Shown: positions 12,817 to 23,453 of the stretch, piece after piece | Layout: each line of letters opens with the position of its first letter | Position numbering within the stretch: position 1 is the stretch's first letter | Assembly (NCBI GenBank): GCA_048494595.1 | Contig: JBGDBH010000001.1 | Span: 214,939 to 278,938, forward strand | DNA: 64,000 bases | From: Coxiella endosymbiont of Dermacentor nuttalli | GTDB lineage: Bacteria; Pseudomonadota; Gammaproteobacteria; Coxiellales; Coxiellaceae | Direction of reading: 5' to 3' | The notes under the pieces: generated by a model | What the model was told of the DNA's origin: nothing | Seen by the model: the letters and a program-made list of their open reading frames with translations, nothing else | Database searches by the model: none | Program-made: the position numbers and the translations under genes

Positions 12817-13668
12817 ATGACCCCACAAATTTTAGACGGGCGTGCGTGTGCAGAAAAGGTCAAAATACGCGTCAAAGAAGCTATCTTTGCACGGAAAAAG
12901 AAAGGTCTTTTAGCTCCTAGCTTATCTGTTATTTTAGTAGGAGATGATCCTGCTTCCGCTACCTATGTTCGTCAAAAAGAATTAGCTTGTCAGGCAGTTG
13001 GTATTCGCTCAATGGTCTACAGAATGGATAACACCATATTAGAAACAGAATTGGCAACAAAAATTGATCAATGCAATGCTGATTCAAACATTCACGGTAT
13101 TCTTCTCCAACTTCCTTTACCTGTGCATATGAACACTTCCTATTTAATCGAACGCATTCATCCAAGTAAAGATGTTGATGGCTTCCACCCGTATAATCTT
13201 GGTCGTCTCATACAGCGTCATCCAGCATTACGTCCTTGCACTCCTGCTGGAATTATAACGCTCTTAAGAGAAACTAATGAAAACCTCACCGGAAAGCATG
13301 CTGTTGTTGTGGGTGCTTCAAATATTGTAGGCCGTCCTATGGCCCTAGAATTATTATTAGCTAAATGCACTATCACCGTGTGTCACCGTTTTACTCAAAA
13401 TTTATCAAAACACGTTAATGCGGCAGATCTATTAATCGTCGCTATTGGAAAACCAGGAATTATTAAAAGCAAATGGATTAAATCAGGTGCTATTGTGGTT
13501 GATGTTGGATTTAGTAGGTTAAATCAAAATAAAATTGTTGGTGATATCGACTTTGAAACTGCTAAAGAAAAAGCTGCTTGGATAACTCCGGTTCCAGGGG
13601 GTGTGGGACCAATGACTGTTGCTACTCTTCTCGAAAATACACTACAAGCTGCTAATAACTTAAAATAG
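12817..13668 (+). CDS. folD: Bifunctional methylenetetrahydrofolate dehydrogenase/cyclohydrolase
   Basis: 283 aa with ILDGRA..., [39 protein letters not shown] and [11 protein letters not shown]. Confidence 0.95.
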   Translation: MTPQILDGRACAEKVKIRVKEAIFARKKKGLLAPSLSVILVGDDPASATYVRQKELACQAVGIRSMVYRMDNTILETELATKIDQCNADSNIHGILLQLPLPVHMNTSYLIERIHPSKDVDGFHPYNLGRLIQRHPALRPCTPAGIITLLRETNENLTGKHAVVVGASNIVGRPMALELLLAKCTITVCHRFTQNLSKHVNAADLLIVAIGKPGIIKSKWIKSGAIVVDVGFSRLNQNKIVGDIDFETAKEKAAWITPVPGGVGPMTVATLLENTLQAANNLK

Positions 13669-13760
13669 CCCATATGCTCCTCTATACGGAGAGCAAGAGA
13701 CTACTCTGCTAGCACAAACAGGCTTTAAACAAAATAATTACCTTAATAATCCATACGATA

Positions 13761-13807
13761 CGACGGGGCGACGCAACCCCACCCGGCCCCCGGGGGGGGT
13801 CACCTCT
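13761..13807. other. GC-rich island with a G8 tract between convergent folD and htpG (possible bidirectional terminator)
   Basis: cgacggggcgacgcaaccccacccggcccccggggggggtcacctc, conspicuous in otherwise AT-rich spacer. C-runs and the G8 run can pair. Confidence 0.5.
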
Positions 13808-13890
13808 CCTAAATAACTATACCGCAACTATTCACCTTAAAGCAACCAAAATAGACAAGTGCGTATGAGCATCAATTAAATACTACTTTA

Positions 13891-15777
13891 TTAATCTAAT
13901 AGTAATTCATCTACTACTTTCACAAACCCTGCAGGATTGTTAAGTTGTTTTCCTTCTGCTAAAAGTGCTTGATTGAGCAACAATTCTGCCCAACGATTTA
14001 AGCACTTGTTTTTTGGTTCATTTTTCACACGTAAAATTAAAGGATGAGTGGGATTAATTTCTAAAATTGGTTTTGTTTGAATAATTTCTTGACCTGTTTG
14101 TAAAAATAACCTTTGCAAATGGCCACCCATTTCGTTTTCATCAAAAACTACACAACTAGGTGAATCAGTTAATCGATTCGTAATACGAACCTCTTTCACT
14201 TTTTCGCCTAGAATTTCCTTGAATTTTTTTATTATGTCATCTAGTTCTTTTCCTGATTTTTTGGTTTTTTCTTTTTCTAATTCACCTAAGTCTAAAGTAT
14301 CTATAGCTACTGATTGTAAGGATTTTCCTTTAAATTCTGTTAGATGAGCAAGCAGCCATTCATCCACGCGATCGTGCATCAACAAAACTTCTATTCCTTT
14401 TTTGAGGAAAACTTCAAGCAATGGACTGTTTTTTGCAGATAAATAAGTAGCTGCAATAATGTAATAGATTTTATCTTGTCCTGGTTTCATTCGACTGATG
14501 TAATCTTCCAACGTAACATTTTCTTCTTCATCATTGTTATGAGTCGAAGAAAAGCGTAATAAACTGGAAATCCGATTACAATTATCAAAATCTTCCGCTA
14601 GACCTTCTTTTAATACCTGACCAAATGCTTTCCAAAATTTTATATATTTTTCTTTATCATTAGTTAATTCTTCTAAAAGACTTAACACGCGTTTGATACA
14701 ACCTGCTTTTATTTTTTTAACAATCTTGTTCGATTGTAATAATTCACGCGAAATGTTTAGCGGCAAATCGTTAGAATCTATAATCCCTTTAACAAAGCGA
14801 AGATACATTGGCATAAAATGCTCAGCATTGTCCATTATAAAAACGCGTTTGACATATAATTTAAGTCCGCGTTGTCCTTCACGGTTCCAAAGATTAAAAG
14901 GTACTTTCGCTGGGATATATAATAGAGTGGTATATTCTAACTTACCTTCAACTCTATTATGTGTCCAAGCTAAAGGGTCTTCAAAATCGTGAGCAATATG
15001 TTTGTAAAATTCTTTATATTCTTCTTCTTTAATTTTATCTTTAGGTAGTGCCCATAAAGCATTTGCACGGTTAACAACTTCCTCTTCAGGCTTTTTCTTA
15101 TCTTTATTCTCGTTTTCACTCTTAACAGTTATTTTTTTCATTACAATAGGACATAAAATATGATCAGAATATTTAGTGATAATCGAACGCAAGCGCATGA
15201 CATCTAAAAATTCTGCTTTCTCTTTTTTAATATGTAAAATGACTTCAGTTCCACGAGAAAACTTATTGATATTTTTAATGGTGTACTCACCTTTTCCATT
15301 TGACTCCCATTCAACACCCTGATTTGCTTTCAAACCTGCACGACGTGTACGCACTATGACGCGATCGGCTACAATGAAAGCCGAATAAAATCCAACACCA
15401 AACTGACCAATGGATTGAGATTCTTTTGCTTGTTTCCCTGTTAATAATTCACGAAACACACGTGTTCCTGATTTAGCAATGGTCCCTAAATTCTCAATTA
15501 CTTCTTCACGATTCATTCCAATACCGTTATCACGAATAGTGATGGTATGATTATCTTTGTCAAGATCAACCCAAATCTTTAATTCAACATCGCCTTCATA
15601 TAAATCTGAGTTCGAAAGGGCTTCGTAATTCAACTTATCTTCTGCATCTGAACTGTTGGAAATTAATTCTCGTAAAAAAACTTCATCATTGCTGTAAAGA
15701 GAATGTGTTACTAATCGCAACAACTGCTTAACTTCGGCTTCGAATGACAAAGTTTCTGTTTTGGGTTGAAAAGACAT
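13891..15777 (-). CDS. htpG: Molecular chaperone HtpG (Hsp90)
   Basis: 628 aa with GHKL ATPase motifs [15 protein letters not shown] and GQFGVGFYS, and full-length collinearity with bacterial Hsp90. Confidence 0.96.
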   Translation of the reverse strand: MSFQPKTETLSFEAEVKQLLRLVTHSLYSNDEVFLRELISNSSDAEDKLNYEALSNSDLYEGDVELKIWVDLDKDNHTITIRDNGIGMNREEVIENLGTIAKSGTRVFRELLTGKQAKESQSIGQFGVGFYSAFIVADRVIVRTRRAGLKANQGVEWESNGKGEYTIKNINKFSRGTEVILHIKKEKAEFLDVMRLRSIITKYSDHILCPIVMKKITVKSENENKDKKKPEEEVVNRANALWALPKDKIKEEEYKEFYKHIAHDFEDPLAWTHNRVEGKLEYTTLLYIPAKVPFNLWNREGQRGLKLYVKRVFIMDNAEHFMPMYLRFVKGIIDSNDLPLNISRELLQSNKIVKKIKAGCIKRVLSLLEELTNDKEKYIKFWKAFGQVLKEGLAEDFDNCNRISSLLRFSSTHNNDEEENVTLEDYISRMKPGQDKIYYIIAATYLSAKNSPLLEVFLKKGIEVLLMHDRVDEWLLAHLTEFKGKSLQSVAIDTLDLGELEKEKTKKSGKELDDIIKKFKEILGEKVKEVRITNRLTDSPSCVVFDENEMGGHLQRLFLQTGQEIIQTKPILEINPTHPLILRVKNEPKNKCLNRWAELLLNQALLAEGKQLNNPAGFVKVVDELLLD

Positions 15778-15933
15778 CGCGAACTCTCCCAGAGCATTTT
15801 AAAACTCTACTTCTACTTTTTTTATAGCTCTACTTCTACCTTTAATAGGAACATAAACAAAATAGCAAATCTCGAGTCAAAAATATAGATACTCTTATGA
15901 AAGAAAATCCCCTACCCTATGCGACTCTGCCTC

Positions 15934-15975
15934 TGGTGCTCCCCCCCCTTTCTCTTCCCTGAGTCACGGTCGCGC
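15934..15975. other. GC-rich island with a C8 tract between the porin-like gene and htpG
   Basis: tggtgctcccccccctttctcttccctgagtcacggtcgcgc. Shares the GGTG(N1-2)-C8-N19/20-GTCGC layout with the reverse complement of the 13768-13804 island. Confidence 0.5.
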
Positions 15976-15998
15976 TAGCTGTTTAATTTATCGTTTAA

Positions 15999-16706
15999 TT
16001 ACATTAAGAATTTATAACCAACGCCAACCGTAAATAGGTGTGCAACAGGTGCAACAAAGTCACCAAAGGAAGCGCTTCGGTAACCTGATACGAAAGCATA
16101 TTGTGCGTTTATAGTCCAATCTGGTCTGAGGTAGTACTGAACGCCAGCTGCAAACAATGGATTTAAATAATTTGAACGGCTAGTAACATTATTGACATCA
16201 GTTAAGTGATTAACATTAGTTAAGTCTGAACTTTCTAAAGCAATGTGCCTAAACCGATTATAGGTGTAAGACACACCTACTTTACCAAACACATGAGTAT
16301 TTTCATAAACAGGAGCTATAACCTTCAACGCTGCATAAGCAATACTACTCTTTATTGTAAACGTTTCTGGATAAATTGTAGTGAATTCTGCTTTAGGCAA
16401 ATAGAACCAACCACCTTCAAGAGCAAAATACTGATTGAACTGATAACCTAAGTTATCACTGAATGTAAAACCACCGTTCCCTCGGCAAGAGCTTGAAATA
16501 AGATCAAAATTTTTGAGTGTACCAGGTACAGTTGTTACATCACTTTGCCAAGGATGATAAGCATAGCCTATCATATTACCTTCAACATAAGCACCTGAAC
16601 AGCTTGGAGTAAGCACATAATCAGGACCTCCAGCTACTACAGCGGAAGTAACACCGACACTAGCGATACTCGCAGTGGCCAATGTTATTAATTTTTTTAC
16701 CGACAT
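15999..16706 (-). CDS. Outer-membrane beta-barrel protein (OMP_b-brl / Coxiella P1-porin-like)
   Basis: 235 aa with the signal peptide MSVKKLITLATASIASVGVTSAVVAGG, alternating aromatic/Gly beta-strand pattern and C-terminal ...VGVGYKF. I recall porin-type OMP genes lying next to htpG/folD in Coxiella. Confidence 0.7.
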   Translation of the reverse strand: MSVKKLITLATASIASVGVTSAVVAGGPDYVLTPSCSGAYVEGNMIGYAYHPWQSDVTTVPGTLKNFDLISSSCRGNGGFTFSDNLGYQFNQYFALEGGWFYLPKAEFTTIYPETFTIKSSIAYAALKVIAPVYENTHVFGKVGVSYTYNRFRHIALESSDLTNVNHLTDVNNVTSRSNYLNPLFAAGVQYYLRPDWTINAQYAFVSGYRSASFGDFVAPVAHLFTVGVGYKFLM

Positions 16707-17048
16707 TCAATTTCCCCTTTAATAAGTTAATATTACCGCAAAGAGCGGACCTATTTAATAGTAATTTCTTTCTTAATGCAACCTTTTAATATTAGTTAAT
16801 TATTCATCAGGTAAAATAAAGACTCTAAAAATCTGACGACTATACAGATAAACTAAACAAGCTTTTTTAGTATCAATCGATGAAAAATAAGATATTAGAA
16901 AAAATAATGAAATTTTTCTGAGAATGAAACTTATTTTTTTTTAATTTTCTGCAGTTTCACCTAATTACTCAAGTAAAAATCTTTATCTACACTATTTTAA
17001 AATTTAAATAAGTCCAATATACAGTTAAAAGATTATAAAAGTTACTTA

Positions 17049-19133
17049 TTATCGGGAGCCTATATAAGTTTCGGCATTCCTCAACCAACGTCTCAATAAT
17101 CGAGTAGCATGAAGCGGGTATTGCTTCAGCATTTGCTTAGCAACTTGTTGTGCTTGAGGCAATAAATATTGGTTCCGGCTCAAATCTGCAATACGAAACT
17201 GGAATAGTCCAGCTTGACGCGTTCCTAATAATTCTCCTGGTCCTCGCAATTCAAGATCCTTTTGAGCTACAGCAAACCCATCTTGAGAATTTCGAATTAA
17301 AATCAATCGGTTACGTGCATATTGCGATAACGGTTTTTGATAAAGTAAGATGCAGTAACTTTTATATTTTCCGCGTCCTACTCGCCCTCGCAACTGATGA
17401 ATTTGCGAAAGACCTAATCGTTCCGCATTTTCTATTATTATTAAACTCGCATTAGGGACATCCAACCCTACTTCAATTACCATTGTTGCAACTAGTATAT
17501 CGATTTTTCCTGATTTAAAGTTCATCATTACAGTATCTTTTTCATTTCTATTTAATCTTCCATGAATCAAACCTACAGTCAAATGAGTTAGTAACTGCCG
17601 CAATTTTTTATAAGCGGCTTCCGCCGCTTCACATTGCAATATTTCAGAATCTTTAATCAAGGTACAAACCCAGTAAGCTTGCTTACCTTGTTTGAAATTT
17701 TGTTTAATTCGTGTGATTACCTCACTACGCCTTCCATTAGAAATTAAAACAGTAGTAATGGATTTCCTTCCTGGTGGTAATTCATCAATGATAGAAATAT
17801 CAAGATTCGCATAAGCTGTTAAAGCTAGAGTTCTTGGAATTGGTGTAGCTGTCATGATTAGTTGATGCGGATAAATAGAATTATTACTTCTTTTTTCTTT
17901 CAAAGCTAATCGTTGATGAACACCAAAGCGGTGTTGTTCATCGATAACAGTCAAACCTAATTTATAGAAAACTACATTTGCTTGAAAAAGTGCGTGGGTT
18001 CCAACAATTACTTGATTCTCACCCTGACGTATTTTTTGTAATACTTGTTCTCGGGCTGCATTGTTTAAACTCCCAGTTAGCCACCCCACTTGAATTCCTA
18101 AAGGGCCTAACCATTTTTGAAAGGCAAGATAATGCTGTTCGGCTAATATTTCTGTCGGTGCCATTACAGCACATTGGTAATTATTTTCCACTACTTTAAT
18201 AATTGCCATCGCTACTACAACAGTTTTACCAGAACCCACATCTCCCTGAACTAATCGTTGCATAGGATAAGATTGTTTTAAATCCTTATTAATTTCTGAA
18301 ATAACGCACTCTTGAGCTGCTGTTAATTTAAATGATAATGCTTGACGTAATTTATTCTGCCCTTCTGTTTCTAAATTTAGAATCGGTGCTAAACACGTTT
18401 TCGCGTATGAGCGCAAATTCAGAAGACCAATCTGTTGTGCCACTAATTCTTCAATAATTAAGCGTTGCTGCGTCAAATGCTTACCTAACTTTAGTAACTT
18501 AAAAGGAGCATCCGGAGGAGGACGATGCACATAGAATAGTGAAGATACTAAGGTTGGTAAATTAAAGTCTGTACGTAAAGATTTTGGGAATAATTCCTCA
18601 AGAACATCAGGTTTTTTTAAATAACTTAATGATTGAGACAGTAAATCGCGTAATTTAGCTTGTGGTAATCCTTTCGTTGTTGAGTATACAGGAGTTAAAT
18701 ACTCTTCGGTGGAAATAGGAATAGTTGCATCAATGATTCGAAATTCTGGATGAACCATTTCTAATCGACCTTGGTAATTTTGCCGAATCGTGCCAAAGCA
18801 TCTTAATCGCAATCCTCGTTTCATTAACCGATGATATTTTTGAGAATTAAAATAGTAGAACAAGAGGATGAGAGATCCTGTTGCATCTTCAATATAACAG
18901 GAGAGACTTCGCTTTCGGCCACGATTAATGTTTGTAAATTTAATAAATCCTTCAATAGTTGTTTGATCACCGCATCGTAATGCACCTAACGGTGTCAATT
19001 GAGTCCGATCTTCATACCGTAATGGTAAATGAAATAAAAGATCTTGAAGGGTGTAAATATTTAGATTTGCTAAAAGTTCGTTTGTTTTTGGTCCTACGCC
19101 TCTAAGAGAGGTAACAGGAATTTCATTAAGCAC
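17049..19133 (-). CDS. recG: ATP-dependent DNA helicase RecG
   Basis: 694 aa with GDVGSGKT (Walker A), DEQHRFG, TATPIPRT and QLRGRVGRG, plus an N-terminal wedge region. Confidence 0.95.
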   Translation of the reverse strand: MLNEIPVTSLRGVGPKTNELLANLNIYTLQDLLFHLPLRYEDRTQLTPLGALRCGDQTTIEGFIKFTNINRGRKRSLSCYIEDATGSLILLFYYFNSQKYHRLMKRGLRLRCFGTIRQNYQGRLEMVHPEFRIIDATIPISTEEYLTPVYSTTKGLPQAKLRDLLSQSLSYLKKPDVLEELFPKSLRTDFNLPTLVSSLFYVHRPPPDAPFKLLKLGKHLTQQRLIIEELVAQQIGLLNLRSYAKTCLAPILNLETEGQNKLRQALSFKLTAAQECVISEINKDLKQSYPMQRLVQGDVGSGKTVVVAMAIIKVVENNYQCAVMAPTEILAEQHYLAFQKWLGPLGIQVGWLTGSLNNAAREQVLQKIRQGENQVIVGTHALFQANVVFYKLGLTVIDEQHRFGVHQRLALKEKRSNNSIYPHQLIMTATPIPRTLALTAYANLDISIIDELPPGRKSITTVLISNGRRSEVITRIKQNFKQGKQAYWVCTLIKDSEILQCEAAEAAYKKLRQLLTHLTVGLIHGRLNRNEKDTVMMNFKSGKIDILVATMVIEVGLDVPNASLIIIENAERLGLSQIHQLRGRVGRGKYKSYCILLYQKPLSQYARNRLILIRNSQDGFAVAQKDLELRGPGELLGTRQAGLFQFRIADLSRNQYLLPQAQQVAKQMLKQYPLHATRLLRRWLRNAETYIGSR

Positions 19134-19289
19134 TTTATCTCATCCTCTCATTAACATCATTGTTTTCACTTCTACTAGTATATTTTTGAGCGATCGCTTT
19201 TTTATAGAATAGGGATTCTTCTTAGCATTGTTCCATCATTTCGTTAATCATAGCGAAATTTTCTATATTTACTGAGTAAACAGTTAATT

Positions 19290-19525
19290 TTATAATTTAA
19301 GAAAGACAGCCTCACATCCATCCTAGCCCGCTTGCTCAGAGATCGTAGTAATATTTAATGATGTTAAGTATTTCTTTAAACAATCTCCTTGAATCATTCC
19401 CATAATTTCAGAATTAAAAAGAATTTGACCTGAAAAAAAGATAGCATTACTCTTGTTTAATGCTTGAAAACAGGTATCAATTTACATAGGGATACTTTGT
19501 TAGTTCCCAATGATCCCATTTCACC
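19290..19525 (-). pseudogene. ridA: RidA/YjgF-family deaminase relic
   Basis: Minus-strand translation of the spoT-recG spacer gives ..FFSGQILFNSEIMGMIQGDCLKKYLTSLNITTISEQAG*DGCEAVFLKL*. This is collinear with RidA (LFxSGQIPxDPxTGExxxGDIxxQTxQxLxNxxAILxxAGxxxxxVVKxTVFLKD) but broken by stops and frameshifts. A ridA-like gene sits between spoT and recG in pseudomonads. Confidence 0.55.
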
Positions 19526-19532
19526 GATTTAT

Positions 19533-21668
19533 TTAACTAAACCTGCGTATGATTTTAACTACTTGTTTAATCTGTCGCAATCTTCTGAAAATTTGGGCAA
19601 GATGTGCGCAGTTTCGTACAGAAATACAAAACATGATAGTATAGTGAGAGCCCTCACGTTCTTCTATAGCAATATCTTCAATGTTGGCTTCGGAATTAGT
19701 TTCGGACTCTGAGAAGGCCAGAGCTAATGTAGCCAAAGTTCCCAGTTCGTTAACAACTTGAACGTGGATTACAGTTGGAAATACTCCTTTAGCTTTTTCC
19801 GACCATCGAAGAGGCATACACCGATCTAAAAAATATCGCACTTTTGAAATGGAAGGACAATGTTCCATATGAACTAAAATTCCTTTACCTACATTGATAA
19901 CACCTACGATTGGATCACCAGGAATGGGATAACAGCATTTTGCGAAATTAACAATTATTCCCTCCGTACCTTTGATTACTAAAGGCATGGAGGTGGAAAG
20001 CATTTCTATCTCTGTCGTCCCAGTTTCCTTAGCGACAGCTGCAAGACGTTGCACCACTAAGATAGCTATACGATTACCAAGACCAATTTCCTCTAATAAA
20101 TCATCGAACGACTTTAATTGCATTTCTTTTAAAGTAAAGTCAATAGTTTGTTTCGATAGTTTTTTTAGAGAAAGTGAATGATTTATTAGAGCCTTTTTTA
20201 ATAATTGTTTTCCCAAGGAAATAGACTCTGATCGTCTTTGCGTTTTTAGAAACTGACGAATACTACTGCGTGCTTTACTAGTTACTACAAAGTCTAACCA
20301 TACAGGATTGGGGCGATTTGATTCTGATGTAATAACTTCCACCGTTTGTCCGTTGGTAAGTTGCGTTGACAAAGGGGCTATATGGCGATCAATTTTTACT
20401 GCGACACAATTATTTCCAATATCAGTATGAACAGCATACGAAAAATCGATTGCTGTAGCTCCTGCTGGTAATTCCATAATATCTCCATGCGGAGTAAAGA
20501 CGCATACCTCATCTGGAAATAAATCTATTTTAATATTTTCCATAAATTCCAAAGGATTTAAGGCATCTCCCTGTAATTCCAATAAGTTCTTTACCCATGC
20601 TTTGGCACGTATTTGAGACTCAGTAAGAGGAGTATCAGTCGTTTTATAAAGCCAATGCGCAGCGATACCTGTGGTTGCCATCCGATCCATTTCTGCAGTA
20701 CGAATTTGAATCTCAATAGGTAAGCCATAAGGCCCAAAAAGCGTAGTATGTAGTGATTGATAATCATTGGCTTTTGGAATAGCGATATAATCTTTAAAAC
20801 GCTCTGGAATTGGTTTAAACAATCTATGGATAATTCCCAACGCATGGTAACAGGAATCAATATCATCTACGATGATCCTAAAAGCATATACATCCATAAT
20901 CTCGTTAAAAGGAATATGTTTAGTGTGCATTTTTCGATAAATACTATATAAGTGTTTTTCTCGACCAGTGATAGTATAAGAAGATAAATTGCTTTGACTT
21001 AAACCTTTATATAAAGTTTTTTCAATTAAGTCGATCATCTTTTTTTGATTACCCCGAGCTTTTTGAACAGCATCTTTTAAAACTCGATAGCGCATAGGAT
21101 AAAGCGCTGTGAATCCCAGTTCTTCTAATTCGACTGACAATTCGCGAATTCCAAGCCGTTTAGCAATTGGGGCAAAAATACCCAAAGTTTCTCGTGCAAT
21201 CCGTCTTCGTTTTTGCGAATGAAGCGAATGCAAAGTACGCATGTTATGTAAACGATCTGCTAATTTAACGATGATCACTCGGATATCGCGCGCCATAGCC
21301 AAAACCATTTTTCGAAGATTTTCTGCTTGAGCTTCAGCACGGCTGACAAATTCAATTTGGGTTAACTTGCTTACACCATCGACAAGTTCAGCAACTTCTT
21401 CACCGAACTTTTCAGCAATTGTCTTTTTTTCAATGGGTGTGTCTTCGATAACATCGTGCAATAAGGCTGCCATAATAATGTGATAGTCCATTTTCATCTC
21501 AGCTAAAATGCAAGCTACGGCTACTGGATGACTAATATAGGGTTCGCCTGTTCGACGCTTTTGACCCAGATGAGCTTTTTGAGACATTAAATAAGCTCGA
21601 TGAATATAATTGATTTGTTCATTACTCAAGTAATTGAGTTTCATGCGCAACTTTTTGAAGAGATGCAA
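19533..21668 (-). CDS. spoT: Bifunctional (p)ppGpp synthetase/hydrolase SpoT/RelA-family
   Basis: 711 aa with the HD hydrolase motif HDVIEDT, a RelA/SpoT synthetase core (YQSLHTT), and TGS and ACT regions. Operon context is rpoZ-spoT. Track start is TTG, and an alternative ATG lies at 21644. Confidence 0.93.
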   Translation of the reverse strand: MHLFKKLRMKLNYLSNEQINYIHRAYLMSQKAHLGQKRRTGEPYISHPVAVACILAEMKMDYHIIMAALLHDVIEDTPIEKKTIAEKFGEEVAELVDGVSKLTQIEFVSRAEAQAENLRKMVLAMARDIRVIIVKLADRLHNMRTLHSLHSQKRRRIARETLGIFAPIAKRLGIRELSVELEELGFTALYPMRYRVLKDAVQKARGNQKKMIDLIEKTLYKGLSQSNLSSYTITGREKHLYSIYRKMHTKHIPFNEIMDVYAFRIIVDDIDSCYHALGIIHRLFKPIPERFKDYIAIPKANDYQSLHTTLFGPYGLPIEIQIRTAEMDRMATTGIAAHWLYKTTDTPLTESQIRAKAWVKNLLELQGDALNPLEFMENIKIDLFPDEVCVFTPHGDIMELPAGATAIDFSYAVHTDIGNNCVAVKIDRHIAPLSTQLTNGQTVEVITSESNRPNPVWLDFVVTSKARSSIRQFLKTQRRSESISLGKQLLKKALINHSLSLKKLSKQTIDFTLKEMQLKSFDDLLEEIGLGNRIAILVVQRLAAVAKETGTTEIEMLSTSMPLVIKGTEGIIVNFAKCCYPIPGDPIVGVINVGKGILVHMEHCPSISKVRYFLDRCMPLRWSEKAKGVFPTVIHVQVVNELGTLATLALAFSESETNSEANIEDIAIEEREGSHYTIMFCISVRNCAHLAQIFRRLRQIKQVVKIIRRFS

Positions 21669-21705
21669 AGACTTTTCCTCCTTAAAAATAGGAATATATT
21701 TTTCC

Positions 21706-21993
21706 TTATTCCTCTTCTACTAGCTGTGAATTACCTATAGGATTTGTAGTGGGTAAAGTAATATCAAGTTTTTCTATTTTTTCTTTTTCATCTTGAGATT
21801 CAATGTGTCGCGTAACATCGTATCCAGCAGCAATTTCCCGAAGCGCGATGACGGTGGGTTTATCATTTTCTCGTGGAACCATGAGAGTAGTCTCCTCTAA
21901 TTCTAATATATGGGCTCGCTTTGCTGCTTTTAAAACTAGATCAAAGCGATTTTCAACATACTTCAGGCAATCTTCAACGGTTACTCGTGCCAT
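21706..21993 (-). CDS. rpoZ: RNA polymerase omega subunit
   Basis: 95 aa beginning [27 protein letters not shown]. Located between gmk and spoT. Confidence 0.93.
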   Translation of the reverse strand: MARVTVEDCLKYVENRFDLVLKAAKRAHILELEETTLMVPRENDKPTVIALREIAAGYDVTRHIESQDEKEKIEKLDITLPTTNPIGNSQLVEEE

Positions 21994-22044
21994 GTTCCAC
22001 CCTCTATTAAAAAATTATTCAACTTTCCTCATCAATGAGCTATT

Positions 22045-22692
22045 TTACTGCTTTTTCAATAGTTCTGCTAGAAGTCTTGAAAGCTTTTCCTCCTGAACGT
22101 CTTGCTGCAATCGTTTGGCGTTAATAATGTGGATTAAATTTTGTAATGCTTGATTAAAATCATCATTAACTAAAAGATAATCAAACTCTGTACAATGAGT
22201 TATTTCTTTGCGAGCCATTGCTAATCGTTGGTTAATAACGGCAGTTTCATCCTGTCGTCGCTTAATCAAACGTTCTCGTAAAACTTGGGCTGAAGGAGGG
22301 AGGATAAAAATAGTGAGTGTAGGTGAAAATAATTTTCGTATTTGACGAGCACCCTGCCAATCAATTTCCAGCAAGACATCATCTCCAGCTTCTAATCGAT
22401 CGAGAACCCATTTTCTGGTAGTTCCATAATGATAATTATAGATCGTAGCATACTCTAGAAAGGCACCTTTCTTTATCATTATCTGAAATCGATCTTCGTC
22501 GATAAAAAAATAATCCCGGCCTTCACGATCTCCAGATCGTGAAGGCCGGGTAGTATGAGAAATAGAAATTTTTATTTTATCTAATTCGTTAACTATCGCA
22601 CGAACTAAACTGGTTTTCCCAGTTCCAGAAGGAGCTGATATGACAAAGAGATTTGCTTTATATAATTTATTCAATGTCTTGCATATGTTCAT
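22045..22692 (-). CDS. gmk: Guanylate kinase
   Basis: 215 aa with P-loop SAPSGTGKTS, TTRPSRSGDREGRDYFF and EIDWQGA. Confidence 0.93.
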   Translation of the reverse strand: MNICKTLNKLYKANLFVISAPSGTGKTSLVRAIVNELDKIKISISHTTRPSRSGDREGRDYFFIDEDRFQIMIKKGAFLEYATIYNYHYGTTRKWVLDRLEAGDDVLLEIDWQGARQIRKLFSPTLTIFILPPSAQVLRERLIKRRQDETAVINQRLAMARKEITHCTEFDYLLVNDDFNQALQNLIHIINAKRLQQDVQEEKLSRLLAELLKKQ

Positions 22693-23440
22693 TTACAAAA
22701 ATGACTGTCTGTAAAGAAGTTGATATCCATTGATTTACTTCCAGGTGTATTTATTTCTCGACTCAATATCTGTATCAAAAAATCTAAATGATATCTACTT
22801 ACCTACACTTCGATTAAAATGTTGGTTTGACTCCCTAATTAATGTATGTTCTTAAATGTTGTAGCTTTTCACAAAGTTATTTTAGCTAATCATAACATTT
22901 GCTCTTAGTGTTCTTTATTCAAATCAATTGAGCAGTTCTTCTTTAGAAGTGACGATCCATTATCACTCTTTCTTTTGAAACCTTTTAATAGATTTAAAAC
23001 ATTTTTTCGTATCACATAGGACTTTAAACCTTTTTTTATAATACGTCCGTTAAGGTCACATTGATACATCTATTGTATTAATGATGATTAAAAAAACTAA
23101 CAAATAGTTTCATCTTTAATAACTCCCTCACTTTATTTTATATAAAAGTCCGATTAAGTCCAAACTGCAATAAGAAAAATCCCCTTAGTGGGTTTAAAAA
23201 TGTATGTTGCTTCTATCTTGCTACGACAACTTAAAACAATCTTGAGTAATTTTTCATGATCATTGTTTAAAATCACGCAAAAAATCTGATATACAAACAA
23301 TGATTTCTAACAATAATAGTGTGCGGTCTGACTTCCCATATCAAAACCCTCTAGCTAACTTTTAGTAAGAATATTGAGTAAAAACAGTTACGATAGTATG
23401 GTATATAAAACCTAATATAGACTCATCTAAAAAATAATTT
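22689..23440 (-). pseudogene. yicC: YicC-family (stress-induced, endoribonuclease-like) gene relic
   Basis: Minus-strand translation just upstream of gmk gives ..ILIEV*VSRYHLDFLIQILSREINTPGSKSMDINFFTDSHFCK*. E. coli YicC reads GRRLDFMMQEFNRESNTLASKSINAE... There is an in-frame stop and a truncated C-terminus. The TGA overlaps the gmk ATG (ATGA). Weaker ..SKEELLN.. similarity lies further upstream. The 5' limit is approximate. Confidence 0.6.
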
Positions 23441-23453
23441 AAGAGGTAGTCTT

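Noticed and set aside
13761-13807. GC-rich island as a tRNA or tmRNA-like gene
   Set aside because: No cloverleaf, T-loop (GTTCGAATC) or acceptor stem could be folded. It was kept as a terminator or inverted-repeat candidate instead.
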